Assembly (NCBI RefSeq): GCF_009914755.1
Contig: NC_060935.1
Source of the DNA: the human T2T-CHM13v2.0 reference genome, Homo sapiens
Length of the DNA: 64,000 nucleotides
Reading direction: 5' to 3' (one strand)
In this document: one piece after another, positions 61,634-64,000 of the stretch
Layout of the letters: each line of letters starts with the position of its first letter
Numbering within the stretch: the first letter of the stretch is position 1
The notes under the pieces: model-generated
What the model was told of the DNA's origin: nothing
The model's database searches: none
Seen by the model: only the letters and a program-made list of their open reading frames with translations
Position numbers and translations under genes: made by a program

Positions 61634-63344
61634 AAAATAGAATTCAGACCAAGAAATAAAGCCTAGTCCATTGATTTTCAAAAAGGGTGCCAACATGTTC
61701 AATAGAAAAACTTATTTCGACAAATGGTGAAAGGTTATTTTGACAAGTCGTGCTGGGGCAACTGGATATCCACATGCAAAATAAAGTTGGACTCCTACTT
61801 TACACCATATACAAAAATTAACTCGAAATGGCTCAAAGACCAAAATGTAAGTGCTAAATATATGAAATTCTTAGAATAAAACATAGGTGCAAATCTTTGT
61901 GAACTTGAATTAGGCAAAGATTTCTTAAATGTAACACCAAAAGCACAAGCAACGACAAAAAAAAGGTAAGTTGGATTTTCACAGTTTAAAACTGTGTGTT
62001 TCATAGAATGCTATCAAGAAAGCAAGAAGTAACTTTCAAAATGGGAAATAAAATTTGCAAATCATATATCTGATAAGGGACTAATAAAGAACTATTACAA
62101 TTCAACAATAAAAAGACAAGTAACCCAAATAAAAATGGGCAAAAAATTTGTATTGATATTTCTCCAAAGATATACACACATCATTTCCACTCACATTCCA
62201 TTGTGAGAACTTATCTGTACAACCACACCTAATGCTAGAGGCCTAGGAGACATAGCCCTTGCCTCAGAAACCACAACTCTATACAGTGGAAGAAAGAGCA
62301 CAGATTTTTCATGGAGATTTAGCCAGATGTACCTCAGTAGCAATTGTTAACCATGTCACACTGCCATCATCCAAAGCAGAACATGTGGAATGCCTTAATA
62401 ATCTACTGAGTCTCAAGGTCCCTCCAGTTTGGTCAAGCTCACCTTTGGCCTTTTGGTGTCCACACTGTTATTTTACCCTTGAAGACTGAGAAACTCTTCT
62501 CATCTGAGGCACTTGGTATGGTGGTGACACTTGGATTTCCTTTTATCCCATATGGGATATGTAAACTCAGAGCAAGAAAAATATGTGCTTTTTATCATTC
62601 ATACATAAGGCATTTCCTTTCTTGGCATCTCTGAGGCTGATGAATGAGTTTTTTTTCTCCCTAAATACTCTTCATGCTTCATGAGCTATAATGAAAAGAA
62701 ATGATATGCTCTGAATTCATCTGATTTAGGCACACGCATATTGAATGTCTTGCCATTAAGTATACTTTTTGATGTGTGGTATCCTTATGATCACATTATT
62801 TCCCTTTTATGCTAGAAAAAAACACCTGGGGGAGGGCAGGGGAGCAATGCAAAAACTCCCAGCCCAATTTATTTACACTGGGATTAGTTAGCTATGCAAT
62901 GATGCCAGTAACAAAAGAGTGACCCAAATCCCCAAGCAGGCAAGTGCGCAGAAAGTTATTTTATTTTCAGGGTGAGGTGACCACAAACATATTTGATTTC
63001 TACCCCCCGAGAAGTTACAAATCTGACTCTCTGGATTCAACAAAAAGGTAATTATTATGGTTGTAAAGCTCTTTGCAGCTTTGCAAATAGCTTTCAGATT
63101 CCCTATTGCAGTGGAGCAGGATGCATAGCTTCACTCACTCATTTAATGTACAGTTAGTGAGTACCTGCTATGTACAAGGCACTGTCTTAGGTATTAGATT
63201 TCTATCTCCCTGTTACTTAGGAGAAAACTGAGGCTCAGAGATGTAAAGTAGTGTGCCCATGATCACAGTCAGTGGAATTAGAACATACTTTCCTTAAACC
63301 TGGTTCTGTTAAACCAACCCTAGTTTGTCATAGTAACTTGATTA

Positions 63345-63545
63345 TTTACATGTGCCAGGCAAAGTGGTAAGAACTTTATATACTACATCTCATCTGATCT
63401 TCTCATCAACCTTGTGAATAGGTATTGTTTCCCTCATTTTACATACGAAGAAACCAAGGTTTAGAGAAGTCCGGAGGCTTGCCCAAAGTCACAACACGTG
63501 TAAGTGGCAGGGCTGAAATCTCTATCTAGCTCTGTCTGTCTGGAA
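63345..63545 (-). mobile_element. MIR SINE
   Basis: 'tgtgccaggc...ctcattttacatacgaagaaaccaaggtttagagaag...ttgcccaaagtcacaac'. Confidence 0.8.
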
Positions 63546-63932
63546 CCCTCCTTTGCCTGTACTTTGCCTCTGCTTCTCTCCCTCCCTGTTGATTGGCTGT
63601 GCCCATGAGACCCTGTCCATGTGGCCACAGCTGATTGAATAGGGATTGACACCTGCCACAGGGCAGCTTTCCTAAGGCCAGTGCTCTGTAGCACCCTGAG
63701 CCAGGCACACTTCAAGGCACAGCCCATACTGGGGGTGTCAGCTGTTGCCGCAGTCCTTGCTCATTCAGGATGGGTCACTGACCTCTGCCTCGTTCGGTTA
63801 GGTTCCAAAGTGACTTGATGCCGTACTTGTTCCCTGCTCTGATAACCAAGAGTGGTCACTCTTTCATCCTTCCCTCATTCTTTCTTCCAGCTTTAATTTC
63901 TGGAAATGAGTCTTTGGTTCAATTCTCCCTGG

Positions 63933-64000
63933 TCAGGATTGGTAACATCATTTTTAGGGCCCAGTGCAAAATTAAAATGTAGAGTTTCTTGTTCAAAAAT
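63933..64000. mobile_element. Start of a hAT-Tip100-type element (ORSL-like), cut by the window edge
   Basis: 'gggcccagtgcaaaattaaaatg...cttgttcaaaaat' resembles the recalled consensus. Only ~65 bp visible. Confidence 0.4.

Overview
Repeat-rich, AT-rich hominoid genomic DNA, most likely human because it carries an SVA and an AluYa5. It looks intergenic or deep intronic: I found no supportable protein-coding exon, structural RNA gene or CpG-island promoter, and the ORFs I can assign come from Alu, SVA, L1 or microsatellites. Content: 14 Alu/FLAM copies, one full-length SVA, large decayed L1 blocks, solo LTRs (MaLR, ERV1, ERVL), Tigger/Charlie DNA transposons, MIR/L2/L3 relics and simple repeats. 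Best second-look items: (1) a ~1.35 kb poly(A)-tailed, mostly non-repeat insert splitting an old L1 ORF2 (39478-40822), a candidate retrocopy or orphan transduction; (2) a 26-nt 5' extension inside the target-site duplications (TSDs) of the SVA; (3) a templated insertion, a tandem duplication and an inversion around an Alu-tail microsatellite (11490-13034); (4) a ~92-nt imperfect palindrome in repeat-poor DNA (26946-27037). I found no evidence of a new multi-gene system. Subfamily names come from my recall of consensus sequences, and old-repeat boundaries are approximate; both need RepeatMasker/Dfam confirmation.
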